Source: Steroidobacteraceae bacterium (GTDB lineage: Bacteria; Pseudomonadota; Gammaproteobacteria; Steroidobacterales; Steroidobacteraceae). Taken from it: a stretch of 64,000 nt of DNA. Where the stretch lies: NCBI GenBank assembly GCA_047602045.1, contig JASGIC010000001.1, forward strand, positions 2,456,300 through 2,520,299, written 5' to 3'. Position numbers and translations under genes: made by a program. The notes under the pieces were generated by a model. That model was not told the DNA's origin, ran no database searches, and was given only the letters and a program-made list of their open reading frames with translations. Of the stretch, positions 9,748 through 19,040 are shown piece after piece; position 1 is the first letter of the stretch, and each line of letters opens with the position of its first letter.

Positions 9748-11381
9748 AAGCTGACTTCCGTGCCGAACAGCAGCTGCAGCTTGCTGATCGACGGATCGCC
9801 GTCCAGCGGCGAGGCCAGATCCACGTGGATCACGTTGCCGAACGAGGTGCGTGAGTTGCCGAAGCGCAGGCCCACGCCGACATCGCGCTGCCAGCCGAGC
9901 TGCGGAGTGGGCACCGGCGCCGAGCCCCAGGTGCGGCCGGCATCGACGAAGGCGGCCGCGCCCACATGCAGCAGCCGGAACAGATACCAGTCCGAATAGA
10001 AGCGCTCTTCCACGGTGAGCAGTGCGCGGCTGGAGCCCTGCTGATAGCGCAGCGGATAGCCGCGCAGGCCATTGTCGCCGCCGAGCTCCAGGTAATTGTC
10101 GCCATCGAGGTCGTGACCCAGATCGCCGTGCATGTGCACGTACAGCTTGGTGCGCTCGCTGGTGGTCAGGTAGTAGCGTGCATCCGCCGTCAGCAGCGAA
10201 TTGTGCGTCGCGCCCTGCTCGAGGCGCGCGCTCCAGCTGCTGGTGAAGAAGGTGCTCTGCCGCTCGCTGATGCGCAGGCCGTAGGCCAGATCGAGTTCGT
10301 ACAGGTGCGCACTGCGGTCGGAGTCCATCGAGCGCAGCGCCCAGCCGGCCAGCGCGGTTGCCGACCAGCCGTAATGCAGATCCTCGGTGCGGGCGATCTG
10401 ATCGAGGTTCTGCGCCGTGTTGTAGCTGTCCTGCACCAGGTCATAGCGCAGGTAGGGGTAGCGTAGCGCCCGATCCTCCGGCAGCGGCAGCAGCGTGGTG
10501 CCATTCGCCATCGGCGCGAAGAAGGCATCGGCGACGCGATAGCCCACGGTCAGATGCTGCGTCCATATATCACCATCGGACAGCTTGCGACCCAGCCACA
10601 GGTCGCTGTCACGCTGCGCGCGTTCGTAGCTGTCATAGCGCTCGCCCAGTGAATAGCGCGAGAGGTTCGAGCGCGTCTGGCTGAGCAGCGCGCCGCCGCT
10701 CCACAGCGTGGCGATGGAATAGAACGGATGCTGGATCAGCACGCGCCAGGAGTTGCCGTCATCGTTGCTGGCGTAGCGCAGGCTGTCGGTCCAGCGCGAG
10801 CCCCAGACATTGGGATCGCGCCACACGATGTAATCCGAGGTGCGGTCCACGTCCTGCATGCGCCCGAATTCCAGCGCCTTGCCGGTGCCGAAAAGATTCT
10901 GGTCGGCGAATTCCACGCTGCTGCGATTGGCGCCGCCGCTGCGGCTCAGTGAAAAACCCGGTTGCAGGGTCCAGACGTCCTGGGTGATCACCTCGATGTC
11001 GACCACGCCGTCGTGATAGGCCACAGGAAAGATGCGCGGTTCGCGGATGAAATCCAGCAGCCGCAGGTTGCGCTCGGTCTCCTGCAGGATGCGACGCGAA
11101 TAGGCTTGTCCGGTGCGGAACAGCAGCTGGGCGCGGATGGCTTTTTCGCGCGTCAGGATATGCAGCCGGTTCGCGGCGCGGAAGATGGCCTTGTTGTCGG
11201 CCGGGTCGCGGGTATCGAACACCTGCAGGGGTTGAATGTGGATGTCGCCAATGCGGGCGTGCGCCGCCTCCAGCTCCGTATCGCTCGGAACGTCGGCATG
11301 AGCAGGCGTCGTCGCCCAACCCAGCAACAGCCCTGCGAGCAACAGGCGGGGCGTTTGGCGCGCGGACATTTTCATGGGCAC
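9744..11381 (-). CDS. Omp85/BamA-family outer-membrane protein (POTRA plus surface-antigen beta-barrel)
   Basis: 545 aa with a signal peptide (LLLGWATTPAHA) and a POTRA-like N-terminus. The C-terminus ...LQLLFGTEVSF has a terminal aromatic residue typical of OM barrels. Confidence 0.72.
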   Translation of the reverse strand: MPMKMSARQTPRLLLAGLLLGWATTPAHADVPSDTELEAAHARIGDIHIQPLQVFDTRDPADNKAIFRAANRLHILTREKAIRAQLLFRTGQAYSRRILQETERNLRLLDFIREPRIFPVAYHDGVVDIEVITQDVWTLQPGFSLSRSGGANRSSVEFADQNLFGTGKALEFGRMQDVDRTSDYIVWRDPNVWGSRWTDSLRYASNDDGNSWRVLIQHPFYSIATLWSGGALLSQTRSNLSRYSLGERYDSYERAQRDSDLWLGRKLSDGDIWTQHLTVGYRVADAFFAPMANGTTLLPLPEDRALRYPYLRYDLVQDSYNTAQNLDQIARTEDLHYGWSATALAGWALRSMDSDRSAHLYELDLAYGLRISERQSTFFTSSWSARLEQGATHNSLLTADARYYLTTSERTKLYVHMHGDLGHDLDGDNYLELGGDNGLRGYPLRYQQGSSRALLTVEERFYSDWYLFRLLHVGAAAFVDAGRTWGSAPVPTPQLGWQRDVGVGLRFGNSRTSFGNVIHVDLASPLDGDPSISKLQLLFGTEVSF

Positions 11382-11614
11382 ATCGGATCATTGCGTGGTG
11401 CGAGGCGTCAACACAGTGCGTCGCATTTGCGCGCGCTGCCGTCAGCGACGAACTCACACGGCTATCGGACAAAGCCTTGCCCGCGGCAGATGTTGCGCGG
11501 TGTGGCTGAATGCAAAGTTGCCACAAGGGCGCTTTTCAGCCGGCTTCGAAAGCGCATACTCGGCAAGCAAGCCCGCAATCGCACCACAAGATGCGGCACG
11601 GGTGAAAGGGGGCA

Positions 11615-12375
11615 ATGGAAATGAAAGCGAAACTCGTGCTGAGAGGCGGAGCCCTGCTGCTCGCTGCGGCCATCGCGTTCGGTGCCAACACGCCGGACAA
11701 GGCTGCGGCCATTGCTCAAGGCGGCGCCAGTGGCAAGGGCTATAGCTGGGCCGATGTGGCCCGGTGGCCGAACATCAATGGCAACTGGGCAGGCCGCATG
11801 GGGCCTGGTGGTCCCGGTGAGCCTGGCGGCCCCGGCGGCACGATGGGCAACCTGTCTTTTACAGCCACCTACAGCGCGGCCATGCAGACGCGCAGCGCCA
11901 TGCGCAAGGTCGGCGTGGGCAACTGCGAACCCATGGGCGTGATCGGCGACAGCGGCTCGTCGTTCTACGTATCCAGGGACGTCATCATCATTGGCGGGCT
12001 GTCGGACTGGTACAACGTCTGGCGTCGCGTCTACATGGACGGTCGCGGTCATCCCGACGATGTGGAGCCGAGCTACTTCGGCCACTCCATCGGCCACTGG
12101 GAGGGCGACACGCTGGTGGTGGATACCGTGGCGATCCGTCACGAAGCGCAGATCCAGCAGGGCATGCCCGCGGACAGCGACAACACGCATGTGGTGGAGC
12201 GCTTCAAGGTGCAGGGCGACACGCTGCAGCTCACCAAGACCGTCATCCGGACGTGTTCACCAAGCCCTGGACCACGACGCGCACGCTGACACGCACCAGG
12301 GAGGAGTACTACGAATCTTACTGCTGGACCGATCGCGACGAGGTGCAGGGCGGCGATCTGACGATCAACCAATAG
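11615..12375 (+). pseudogene. secreted hypothetical protein gene with a frameshift near 12245-12248 (pseudogene or sequencing error)
   Basis: The ORF 11615-12289 has a signal peptide and ends in out-of-character RTCSPSPGPRRAR. Shifting one frame from 12247 reads PDVFTKPWTTTRTLTRTREEYYESYCWTDRDEVQGGDLTINQ* (stop at 12373-12375), which looks like the genuine C-terminus. Confidence 0.55.
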
Positions 12376-12405
12376 GAAAGCGACGACTTCTTTGGGGGGG
12401 GGCAA

Positions 12406-12894
12406 TTGAAGTACCCGATCCGACCCGGCGCCATCGGCGCCATCCTGCTGGCATTGACGCCAGTGGCCGAGGTGCAGGCGCATCACTCCGTCGCGATGTT
12501 CGATCTGAGCGATGCCGCGCGCAAGCATCTCAGTGGCACGGTATCGAAGTTCGAGTGGCAGAACCCGCATTCCTGGGTGTTCGTCGAAGTGGCCAATGCC
12601 GACGGCACCGCGACCCGCTACGGGCTGGAGCTCAGTTCGCCGGGCGCCCTGCGGCGCTCGGGGCTGTCGTACAACTCCATCAAGGTGGGGGACAAGGTGA
12701 CGATGGAGTACTGCCCATCGCGCGTGGCCGACAAGCTGGCTGGATTGATCACGAAGATCACCTGGTCCGATGGCCGCAGCTGGGTGCCCAGCGGCCAGGC
12801 TTCACCGCTGCCGCCCAGCGGCGAGAAGGCGCCGGGGCAGGGCAGCGAAGCCACCTCGTCCGCGCCGCCCGGGCAGTATCGTCCGCCGCAATAG
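12406..12894 (+). CDS. DUF6152-like small secreted protein
   Basis: 162 aa with a signal peptide then HHSVAMFD...GTVSKFEWQNPHSWV, a pattern I associate with DUF6152. TTG start. Pro/Ser-rich tail. Confidence 0.65.
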   Translation: MKYPIRPGAIGAILLALTPVAEVQAHHSVAMFDLSDAARKHLSGTVSKFEWQNPHSWVFVEVANADGTATRYGLELSSPGALRRSGLSYNSIKVGDKVTMEYCPSRVADKLAGLITKITWSDGRSWVPSGQASPLPPSGEKAPGQGSEATSSAPPGQYRPPQ

Positions 12895-13156
12895 ATCGCG
12901 GGAGCGAATCATGAAGACGAGCAGCCGACAGGGAAGCGTCGGCCTCGCGACGCCGCGCGTGGGCCAGATCAAGTTCGGGCCGAAGTCCGGCGGCACCGAC
13001 ACGCACATGCTGGCGCATGGGGATGGCGCCGTGGTCACGTTGTGCTGGGCGGGCCTTGATTCGTGATTCAAGGGTGGTTCAGGATGTCCGCATGCTCAAG
13101 ACAGATGCCGCAATCGATTCACATCGGGTTGCCTGTACGGTGCGGTCAACCGGAGG

Positions 13157-14269
13157 ATGGAGATGAGTGCCATTCGATCAGTGTCCCTGAGCGTTGGTAT
13201 GACGCTGCTTCTGTCGGCTCCGCCTGGGTTGATATTCGCCGAAGAAGCACCGCCTGCTGTGATTACATCCTCCACTCCAGTCTCGTCAACGATCGAGGCA
13301 AGTGAGACTCTCGCGGCAGCTTCGCTGGAGCTCTATCAGGGGCCGCGCGTGAAGAAATTTCCTGCGGTCAAATATCCCTCTGATCAAGCCTGGTCCAGGA
13401 ACGAGGGCTGGGTGACCTTGAGCATGATGATCAGTTCGAAGGGTGAACCCTACGAGGTGGGTATTCTCGATTCCACTGGCAACAAGTCGCTCGAGCAGAC
13501 TGCGTTGAAAGCAACCAGCGGCATGGTTTTCGCTCCGGCCTCCTTCGAAGGAAAGCCCGTTGAATCAAGCTACGTCTATCGGTTTCGGTATGAAATGTAC
13601 GGCCGAAGGACCGCGACGCCAGAATTCGCCGCCGCGTATCTGGCGGTGGCAGAGGCCGTAAAATCTACTGATCGTGCCAGAGCCGATACGGCGATGGCCG
13701 CGCTGAAGGCGCTGAAGATCAGCAATCTCTATGAGGATGCGCTTTTCGGCATCGCCACCTACAACTATGCCGCCGCATGGGGGAACGACATGCAGCAGCT
13801 AAATGGGCTGAATCGCGCGTTATCCGGCGGGGTTGATCAGCGTTATCTGCCCGATGAGCTTTATCGACTCGCGGTGCAGGCTTGCTTCCAGGTGCAGATT
13901 CATGCGCACTTGTTCCTAGAAGCTCTCGATACCTGGAAACGAATGCAGAAGGCCGGATTCGAACCTGCAGTGCTCGAAGCGTACAAGCCGACCGTGGCAA
14001 AGATCGAGGCTTTGCACGACGATGCGGTTCCCTTCGACATCGATGGAACTTTGGAGAATGGCCGGTGGCATTTGAAGCTGCTGCGGCATTCTTTTTCTGT
14101 CGTCGTTAGCGAAGGCAGGATCGACGAAGTGAAGCTGCGCTGTGAGAAGAAGTATGTCTACTTTGCTTTCGATCAGAGTCAGTCGTACAAGGTTTCCGAT
14201 AAGTTCGGTCAATGCATGATCGACCTGGAGGGGGCTCCGGATACGCGCTTCACTTTTACGCAATCCTGA
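13157..14269 (+). CDS. secreted protein with an N-proximal TonB_C-like domain
   Basis: 370 aa. A signal peptide is followed by a TonB C-terminal-like block (PAVKYPSDQAWSRNEGWVTLSMMISSKGEPYEVGILDSTG...LEQTALKA...FAPA...GKPV) and about 230 aa of unassigned sequence. GC content is markedly lower than in the flanks. Confidence 0.65.
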   Translation: MEMSAIRSVSLSVGMTLLLSAPPGLIFAEEAPPAVITSSTPVSSTIEASETLAAASLELYQGPRVKKFPAVKYPSDQAWSRNEGWVTLSMMISSKGEPYEVGILDSTGNKSLEQTALKATSGMVFAPASFEGKPVESSYVYRFRYEMYGRRTATPEFAAAYLAVAEAVKSTDRARADTAMAALKALKISNLYEDALFGIATYNYAAAWGNDMQQLNGLNRALSGGVDQRYLPDELYRLAVQACFQVQIHAHLFLEALDTWKRMQKAGFEPAVLEAYKPTVAKIEALHDDAVPFDIDGTLENGRWHLKLLRHSFSVVVSEGRIDEVKLRCEKKYVYFAFDQSQSYKVSDKFGQCMIDLEGAPDTRFTFTQS

Positions 14270-14333
14270 TCTTGTTAGCACGATCTCTTCGGAAAGGTCC
14301 GCTACCTGGTCGCGACGAGTCCGCTGACTGAAT

Positions 14334-15395
14334 CTATTCCGTCGCTTTCAACGACGCCATATTGATCACGAACCGATACTTCACATCGCTCTTCAGCATG
14401 CGCGCATAAGCCGTCTCGATGTCCTGCATGCGGATCATCTCGATGTCCGAGGTGATGCCGTGTTTGGCGCAAAAGTCGAGCATCTCCTGCGTCTCTGGAA
14501 TGCCGCCGATCAACGAACCATTGATGCTGCGGCGCTTGAAGATCAGGTTGAACACCGACGGCGAGGGGTGCGGCTCGGCCGGCACGCCCACCAGCGTCAT
14601 GGCGCCGTCGCGCTTCAGCAGACCGGTGAATGCGTCGAGATCATGCGGGGCAGCCACGGTGTTCAGGATGAAATCGAAGCTGCCGGCATGGGCCTTCATC
14701 TCATCCGGATGCTTCGTGACCACCACGTCATCGGCGCCCAGTGCCTTGGCGGCGGCGATCTTGGAAGCCGAGGTGGTGAAGGCCACCACCTGCGCGCCCA
14801 GTGCATGCGCCAGCTTCACACCCATGTGACCGAGACCGCCGATGCCGACAATGCCCACCTTCTTGCCCGGACCCACCTTCCAGTGGCGCAGTGGCGACCA
14901 GGTGGTGATGCCGGCGCACAGCAGCGGTGCGGCCGCGGCCAGATCCTTCTCGGCATGCGAGATGGTCAGTACGAAGTGCTCATCCACGGTGATGGCGGCG
15001 CTGTAGCCGCCATAGGTATTCGGGCCACCGAACACCGGGCCGTTGTAGGTGCCGGTGAAGCCCACCGGCCCTTCGCAGTACTGCTCGAGACCCTCCTGGC
15101 ACGAAGGGCAGGTGCGGCAACTGTCGACCATGCAGCCGACACCGACGAACTGACCGGGCTTGAACTTCGTGACCTCGGCACCGACGGCGCTCACACGACC
15201 GACGATCTCGTGACCCGGCACACAGGGATACTGCGTTCCCGGCCATTCGCTGCGCGCGGTGTGCAGGTCGGAGTGGCACACGCCGCAGTACAGGATGTCG
15301 ATGGCTACATCGCGTGGGCCTGTCGCACGGCGTTCGACGGAGTGCGGCGCAAAGGGTACTTTGGCGGACTGGGCGGCATAGGCTTTGACGAGCAT
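14334..15395 (-). CDS. zinc-dependent NAD(P) alcohol dehydrogenase (YahK/cinnamyl-ADH-like)
   Basis: GVCHSDLH zinc motif and GIVGIGGLGHMG Rossmann motif. The start was trimmed to the ATG at 15395, preceded by AAGGAG. Confidence 0.9.
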   Translation of the reverse strand: MLVKAYAAQSAKVPFAPHSVERRATGPRDVAIDILYCGVCHSDLHTARSEWPGTQYPCVPGHEIVGRVSAVGAEVTKFKPGQFVGVGCMVDSCRTCPSCQEGLEQYCEGPVGFTGTYNGPVFGGPNTYGGYSAAITVDEHFVLTISHAEKDLAAAAPLLCAGITTWSPLRHWKVGPGKKVGIVGIGGLGHMGVKLAHALGAQVVAFTTSASKIAAAKALGADDVVVTKHPDEMKAHAGSFDFILNTVAAPHDLDAFTGLLKRDGAMTLVGVPAEPHPSPSVFNLIFKRRSINGSLIGGIPETQEMLDFCAKHGITSDIEMIRMQDIETAYARMLKSDVKYRFVINMASLKATE

Positions 15396-15500
15396 GGATT
15401 GCTCCTTGGGGTCGGGCGGGCAGCGCAGAGGCGCCAGCATACAACCTGCGGTCGTCACCGGAACTCTCCCGAAAGGAAGAGTTCCGGCACGAGGCTGGAA

Positions 15501-17297
15501 TCAGGGAGCCAGAAAGTCACCCTGATACAGGGCGAGGTAGCCTCCGGACAGGAGAATGGCCAGACCGTTGTCTCCCCATCGAACGGCGTCGTAGGGTAAG
15601 GCGTAGTAGGGCCGCAACGGCATCACGCCAATGGACTCCCTCGTGCTCAGCACGTAGCGCCGCACCGCCAGCTGACTGTAGAGATCCGACAGCCAGTAGG
15701 CCCGATCCGCGGCAGTGTTCAGCAGCATTCGCCCGGAGACGGAGCGGAGGTCCGAGGTGAAAGGAGTCAGCATTGCGTGCGTCGTGGGGTCGTAGACCTC
15801 ACCAAGTCCACTGTAGAGCAGATCATCCGATCCCAGCATCAGCAGTGGCACACTGCCGCCATTGTTGAAGGACACGGCAGTCGTTGTCGGTGTCCCAAGC
15901 CCCTGGCTCGAGAGCGGGAAGTCATAGAACAGCTCCGGGATGTTGTCGCCGCTGTTGACGCCAAACAGATGAGTGCCGTTGGAGGGCGAGAACAACTGCA
16001 GATAACGCAATGTGCTGGCGCTATTGCTGTAACCCAGCGAGCGGGCCACGCCGTTGTCGTATAGCGTCACGGAGTACTGCGTCGATTGGTTGATCTCGAC
16101 ACCGAGGGTGCTGGGAGCTCCGGCGACACTGAATATCTGGTAGGCGTCATTGACCGACGTCGTTGGCAGCGAGAAGACCTGATCTGCCGTCAGCCCATTG
16201 CGGATCAGACGCTGTACCGTCCACAGTGTCTGCGCGTTGACGCTGTCGTATTCCGAGAGCAGGACGTAGATGTACTGCTCGTCCTTGGACATCGCCAGGT
16301 CGCGAACCAGTTTCGTGGTCATCCAGGTTCCGGTTGCCGCGGCCGTGGCGGGGTCCAGTTCGACGACTCCATTGATGTCGGCGAGACCCACCAGGGGGCC
16401 TTCCAGATACAGCTTCCGGGCGCTGCTGCTGTAAAGCAGCTTGTCGGCGAACGTGGCGTGCAGTTCGTTGATCTGGAAGTCGCGTCCTTCGGTCGCATAC
16501 ACACGATAGGAGAAGTCAATCGACTGCGGACTGTCCTGGCTGTACTGCGTGCAGGCACTGTCGAAACACAGATACAGCGAGAAGCGGTCGGTGTAGTCGC
16601 CGGCCGCCATGTTGGCCGGCTGGCGCAGCGTAAGAGTGATGGTGCCCGTTCCCGAGCCGTCGCCATTGCTGGAGGTCTGCGCAAAATCGACATTCTCGAT
16701 CAGTTCGCCGGTTGAAGCTCCGTACAGCAGGCCGACTCCGTTCGGCGGAATGTGCGTGAACTGCACGCTGAAGCTCAGCGCAGCAACCGTATCAGTCGAA
16801 TAGAGATTGTAGGCGTAGGAGGATTGCGCCTGCATCGTAAAGCTGGTGTCAGGCAGCGCCGCGCCAGTCACCTGGTAACTGACAGCGATGGTCGCCGGGC
16901 TGCCCGCCAGCTCCTGGGCGCAGGCGCTGTCACTGCACAGCTCGATGGTCACAGTATCCGAGAAGCTGCCGGCGCCCAGCTGACCCGGCGGCCAGCCCTG
17001 GATGCTGATGTCGGCAGTTGTGTCCGACGTCCAGGTCATCGCAACGCTCGCAGCTGCCGTGCCGTCCCACTTGTAGCTGTAGTAGTACGAGGACGAGGGT
17101 GGGTTCGTGACGGTCAGCGTGACATGGCTGATGGGGCCGGAGCCGCCGGTGGCCGCCGACAGGCTGACCGAGCGGCTGGACAGCGTGAAGATGCTGCTGC
17201 TGCCTCCCGAGCTGCTGCCAGAATCGCCGCCACCACTGCCTCCGCCGCAAGCCGACAGGAGGGCCAGTGTTGCCGCTGCCAGGATTCTGTACCCCAT
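15501..17297 (-). CDS. lipoprotein of unknown function (two Ig-like repeats plus a C-terminal beta-rich domain)
   Basis: 598 aa. Lipobox LLSAC is followed by a Gly/Ser linker. Two roughly 110-aa repeats each end in LC(S/F)DSAC.Q...SP..I..SY.V. Confidence 0.7.
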   Translation of the reverse strand: MGYRILAAATLALLSACGGGSGGGDSGSSSGGSSSIFTLSSRSVSLSAATGGSGPISHVTLTVTNPPSSSYYYSYKWDGTAAASVAMTWTSDTTADISIQGWPPGQLGAGSFSDTVTIELCSDSACAQELAGSPATIAVSYQVTGAALPDTSFTMQAQSSYAYNLYSTDTVAALSFSVQFTHIPPNGVGLLYGASTGELIENVDFAQTSSNGDGSGTGTITLTLRQPANMAAGDYTDRFSLYLCFDSACTQYSQDSPQSIDFSYRVYATEGRDFQINELHATFADKLLYSSSARKLYLEGPLVGLADINGVVELDPATAAATGTWMTTKLVRDLAMSKDEQYIYVLLSEYDSVNAQTLWTVQRLIRNGLTADQVFSLPTTSVNDAYQIFSVAGAPSTLGVEINQSTQYSVTLYDNGVARSLGYSNSASTLRYLQLFSPSNGTHLFGVNSGDNIPELFYDFPLSSQGLGTPTTTAVSFNNGGSVPLLMLGSDDLLYSGLGEVYDPTTHAMLTPFTSDLRSVSGRMLLNTAADRAYWLSDLYSQLAVRRYVLSTRESIGVMPLRPYYALPYDAVRWGDNGLAILLSGGYLALYQGDFLAP

Positions 17298-17372
17298 TTT
17301 CCACCACTCCCTGGTGTGACTTCGGGTCGCTTGTTGATATCTCGACTGGCGTCCAGTCTGACAGAGGGGGCT

Positions 17373-18200
17373 TCAGAGGAACAGGTCCGGCATCAGCTCC
17401 TTGCTGCCGGCCACCACCGCGTAGCCATTGAGATCCTCCACCCCTTCCTCGCGCAGCACTTCCTCATCGATGTAGAAGTTGCCGCTGTGGGTGGCGGCAT
17501 CGCGGTTCAGGATGGCGTAGGCGGCGTCGGCCATGATGGCCGGCGAGCGGCAGTTCTGCGGCTTCACGCCCGGGATCATGGCCAGCGCGGCGGTCTGGAT
17601 GACGGTGCGCGGCCACAGCGCATTCACGGCGATGCCATGGGGGCGGAATTCCTCGGCGTGCCCGAGTACGCACAGGCTCATGCCGTACTTGGCCATGGTG
17701 TAGGCCAGATGCGGGGCGAACCACCGGGGCTCCAGGTTCAGCGGCGGTGAGAGCGTCAGCACATGCGGGTTGTGGCCGCGCGCGGCGGATTCGCGCAGGT
17801 AAGGCAGGCAGGCCTGGGTGCAGGCGAAAGTGCCGCGCACATTGACACCGAACATCAGATCGAAGCGCCGCATGGGGGTGTGCGGGGTGTTGGTGAGATT
17901 GATGGCGCTGGCGTTGTTGACGAGGATGTCGATGCCGCCGAAGTGTTCGACGCCCCGCTGCGCGGCCTCCTGAACCTGCAGCTCGTCGCGGATGTCCACC
18001 TGCAGCGGCAGGCAATGACCCCCGGCGGCTTCGATCTCGGCGGCGGCGCTGTGGATGGTGCCGGGCAGTCTGGGATTGGCCTCGGCGGTCTTGGCCGCGA
18101 TGACGATGTTGGCGCCGTCGCGCGCGCAGCGCAGGGCGATGGCAAGGCCGATGCCACGCGAGCCGCCGGAGATGAACAGGGTCTTGCCTGCAAGGCTCAT
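17373..18200 (-). CDS. SDR family oxidoreductase
   Basis: MSLAGKTLFISGGSRGIGLAIA (TGxxxGxG). The start was trimmed to the ATG at 18200. The upstream part of the track ORF overlaps the neighbouring gene. Confidence 0.87.
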   Translation of the reverse strand: MSLAGKTLFISGGSRGIGLAIALRCARDGANIVIAAKTAEANPRLPGTIHSAAAEIEAAGGHCLPLQVDIRDELQVQEAAQRGVEHFGGIDILVNNASAINLTNTPHTPMRRFDLMFGVNVRGTFACTQACLPYLRESAARGHNPHVLTLSPPLNLEPRWFAPHLAYTMAKYGMSLCVLGHAEEFRPHGIAVNALWPRTVIQTAALAMIPGVKPQNCRSPAIMADAAYAILNRDAATHSGNFYIDEEVLREEGVEDLNGYAVVAGSKELMPDLFL

Positions 18201-18226
18201 CGCGTCTCCCGATGTTGCGGTCTTTG

Positions 18227-19036
18227 CTAGCTGAACCGGCTGAAGTCCGGCTTGCGCTTCTCGAAGAAGGCGCGGAAGGCTTCCTGGGCCTCGGCACCGG
18301 CCAGCAGGCGCATGAAGCTGGCGTAGTCGTCCTGCAATGCCTGGTCGATCTGCGCGCGCCAGGCCTGCTTCATCAATTGCTTGGTGGCGCGCACCGAGGC
18401 GGGTGGCAGCTGCTCGAAGCGCGCCGCCTGCCTGGCGGCGAAGCCCTGCAGCTCGGCGGCCGGCAGCACGCGGTTCACCATGCGCATCTGCAGCGCCTCG
18501 CTGGCGCTGATGGGATCGCCGAGCAGCAGCTTCTCCGCAGCCAGGTGATAACCGGCGGCCAGCGGCAGGGTGAGCGCGGAGGCGAATTCGGCGCACAGGC
18601 CCAGGGTCACGAAAGGCAGCCGGAAGGTTGCGCTTTCCGAGCAGTACACCAGATCACAGTGCAGCAGCAGCGTGGCACCGATGCCCACGGCTGCGCCCTG
18701 CACGGCGGCGATGACGGGTTTCTGCAGATCCAGCAGCGCGCGCATGAAGCGCAGCACGGCGGGTTCTGCTTCGGCGCTGGTGGTGGCGCCCGCTCCCGCA
18801 GCGGCCCGGCCAGCGCGCTCAACCGCGCGGCGCTGGAAATCCTCCAGGTCGTTGCCGGCGCTGAACACATCGCCCTGGCTGCAGATCAGCACGGCGCGCA
18901 CCTGCGCGTCGGCATCGGCCGCGGCCAGCGCCGCAGCCATCTGCGCATACATGGTTTCGGTCAGGGCGTTTCTGCGATCCGGCCGCGCCATCTCGATGCG
19001 CAGCACCCGTCCGTCAATGGACGTCTGAACGCTCAT
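18227..19036 (-). CDS. enoyl-CoA hydratase/isomerase family protein
   Basis: 269 aa. RPDRRNALT...FSAGNDL...KPVIAAVQGAAVGIG crotonase signature. Confidence 0.87.
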   Translation of the reverse strand: MSVQTSIDGRVLRIEMARPDRRNALTETMYAQMAAALAAADADAQVRAVLICSQGDVFSAGNDLEDFQRRAVERAGRAAAGAGATTSAEAEPAVLRFMRALLDLQKPVIAAVQGAAVGIGATLLLHCDLVYCSESATFRLPFVTLGLCAEFASALTLPLAAGYHLAAEKLLLGDPISASEALQMRMVNRVLPAAELQGFAARQAARFEQLPPASVRATKQLMKQAWRAQIDQALQDDYASFMRLLAGAEAQEAFRAFFEKRKPDFSRFS

Positions 19037-19040
19037 GGCG

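Noticed and set aside
12240-12250. Programmed ribosomal frameshift as an explanation for the split 11615 gene.
   Set aside because: No slippery X XXY YYZ heptamer and no obvious downstream structure is present. A simple indel, either a mutation or a sequencing error, is more parsimonious.
12911-13066. 51-aa ORF (MKTSSRQGSVGLATPRVGQIKFGPKSGGTDTHMLAHGDGAVVTLCWAGLDS) with GGGAG upstream, in the gap before the low-GC gene.
   Set aside because: It has no recognisable family, it is short, and it lies at a compositional transition. This may be chance, so I did not report it as a feature.
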